The notes beneath the pieces were generated by a model. It did no database searches. It was not told the DNA's origin and saw nothing but the letters and a program-made list of their open reading frames with translations. A program made the translations under genes and the position numbers. DNA of 64,000 nt from NCBI GenBank assembly GCA_030390025.1, contig CM059432.1, forward strand, positions 105,278,001-105,342,000. The letters are read 5' to 3'. Numbering within the stretch: the stretch's first letter is position 1; every line of letters begins with the position of its first letter. The DNA comes from Squalus acanthias. Its lineage: Eukaryota. This document shows positions 63,511 to 64,000 of the stretch, piece by piece.

Positions 63511-64000
63511 TTCCTGCATGCTTGTTTTCTTAACTCCAATGAAAGAAGATTTTGCAATGGAGGTTCCAAGTCACAAGTGTTTCAAAGAGGAAGTTAATTA
63601 CATTGGAAAGTTTTGCAGAATGTGGTTTTAAAGAAACAACTTGGCCATAATGTGATCAAGCATTTTACAATCACTTGCTACCCTCCAAAGAAAATGCCCC
63701 TTACTTACCTGCAAAGGAGCTCAAAATTTCTCACAAAAGTATGATATTCAATCATATTTTTTCTTCATTAGTTTCTCACATAAAATACAGCCCCAGCTCA
63801 ACTACTCTACCCAAGAAACATTAGCAGTTGATTTTTAATGGAGTCAGCAGTGAAGCAAAGGTGTTTGCTGCTGGCTTCCAAGTACACTTCGGACAAGGAT
63901 TTTGCGATTCCTGTGTCAAGAACTTTGGGTTTTCCAACCTTCAATTCAAATCAACCGAGTACAGTGGGGACCCCCTTGTATGAACTGCTGTGATGTCAAC

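Noticed and set aside
63695..63730. Possible SAMD12 exon 1 donor (minus strand GCAG|GTAAGT); similar site near 51555
   Set aside because: No upstream ATG giving a MAVE-like start and no CpG-island context; exon 1 probably lies outside the window.

Overview
This is a vertebrate nuclear genomic window, most likely from a cartilaginous fish (shark). That assignment is inferred from the repeat repertoire: HER1/CR1 LINEs, a Deu-domain SINE, Penelope elements and Harbinger MITEs. It contains two internal coding exons of a SAMD12 orthologue on the minus strand (exon 2 at 30630-30805, exon 3 at 18154-18289) with compatible splice phases. Exons 1 and 4 were not found, so the rest of the window is probably intronic and is densely filled with transposable elements. 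The main elements are: (i) a young 3.1-kb Penelope-like retroelement with an inverted pseudo-LTR, an 8-bp TSD and minimal hammerhead ribozymes, one of them sense to the SAMD12 pre-mRNA about 430 nt before exon 2; (ii) a 4-kb PIF/Harbinger transposon with TIRs, TSD, an internally deleted transposase and a spliced three-exon Myb/SANT partner gene; (iii) a family of Harbinger-type MITEs carrying promoter-like motifs followed by clusters of consensus 5' splice sites; (iv) an RTE LINE with a twin-priming-type 5' inversion; (v) a solo LTR, hAT MITEs, nested SINE/LINE insertions, a local inverted duplication and a 35-bp minisatellite. No prokaryotic features, rRNA, tRNA genes or CRISPR arrays are supported. 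All calls were made by eye; boundaries of degenerate repeats are approximate.
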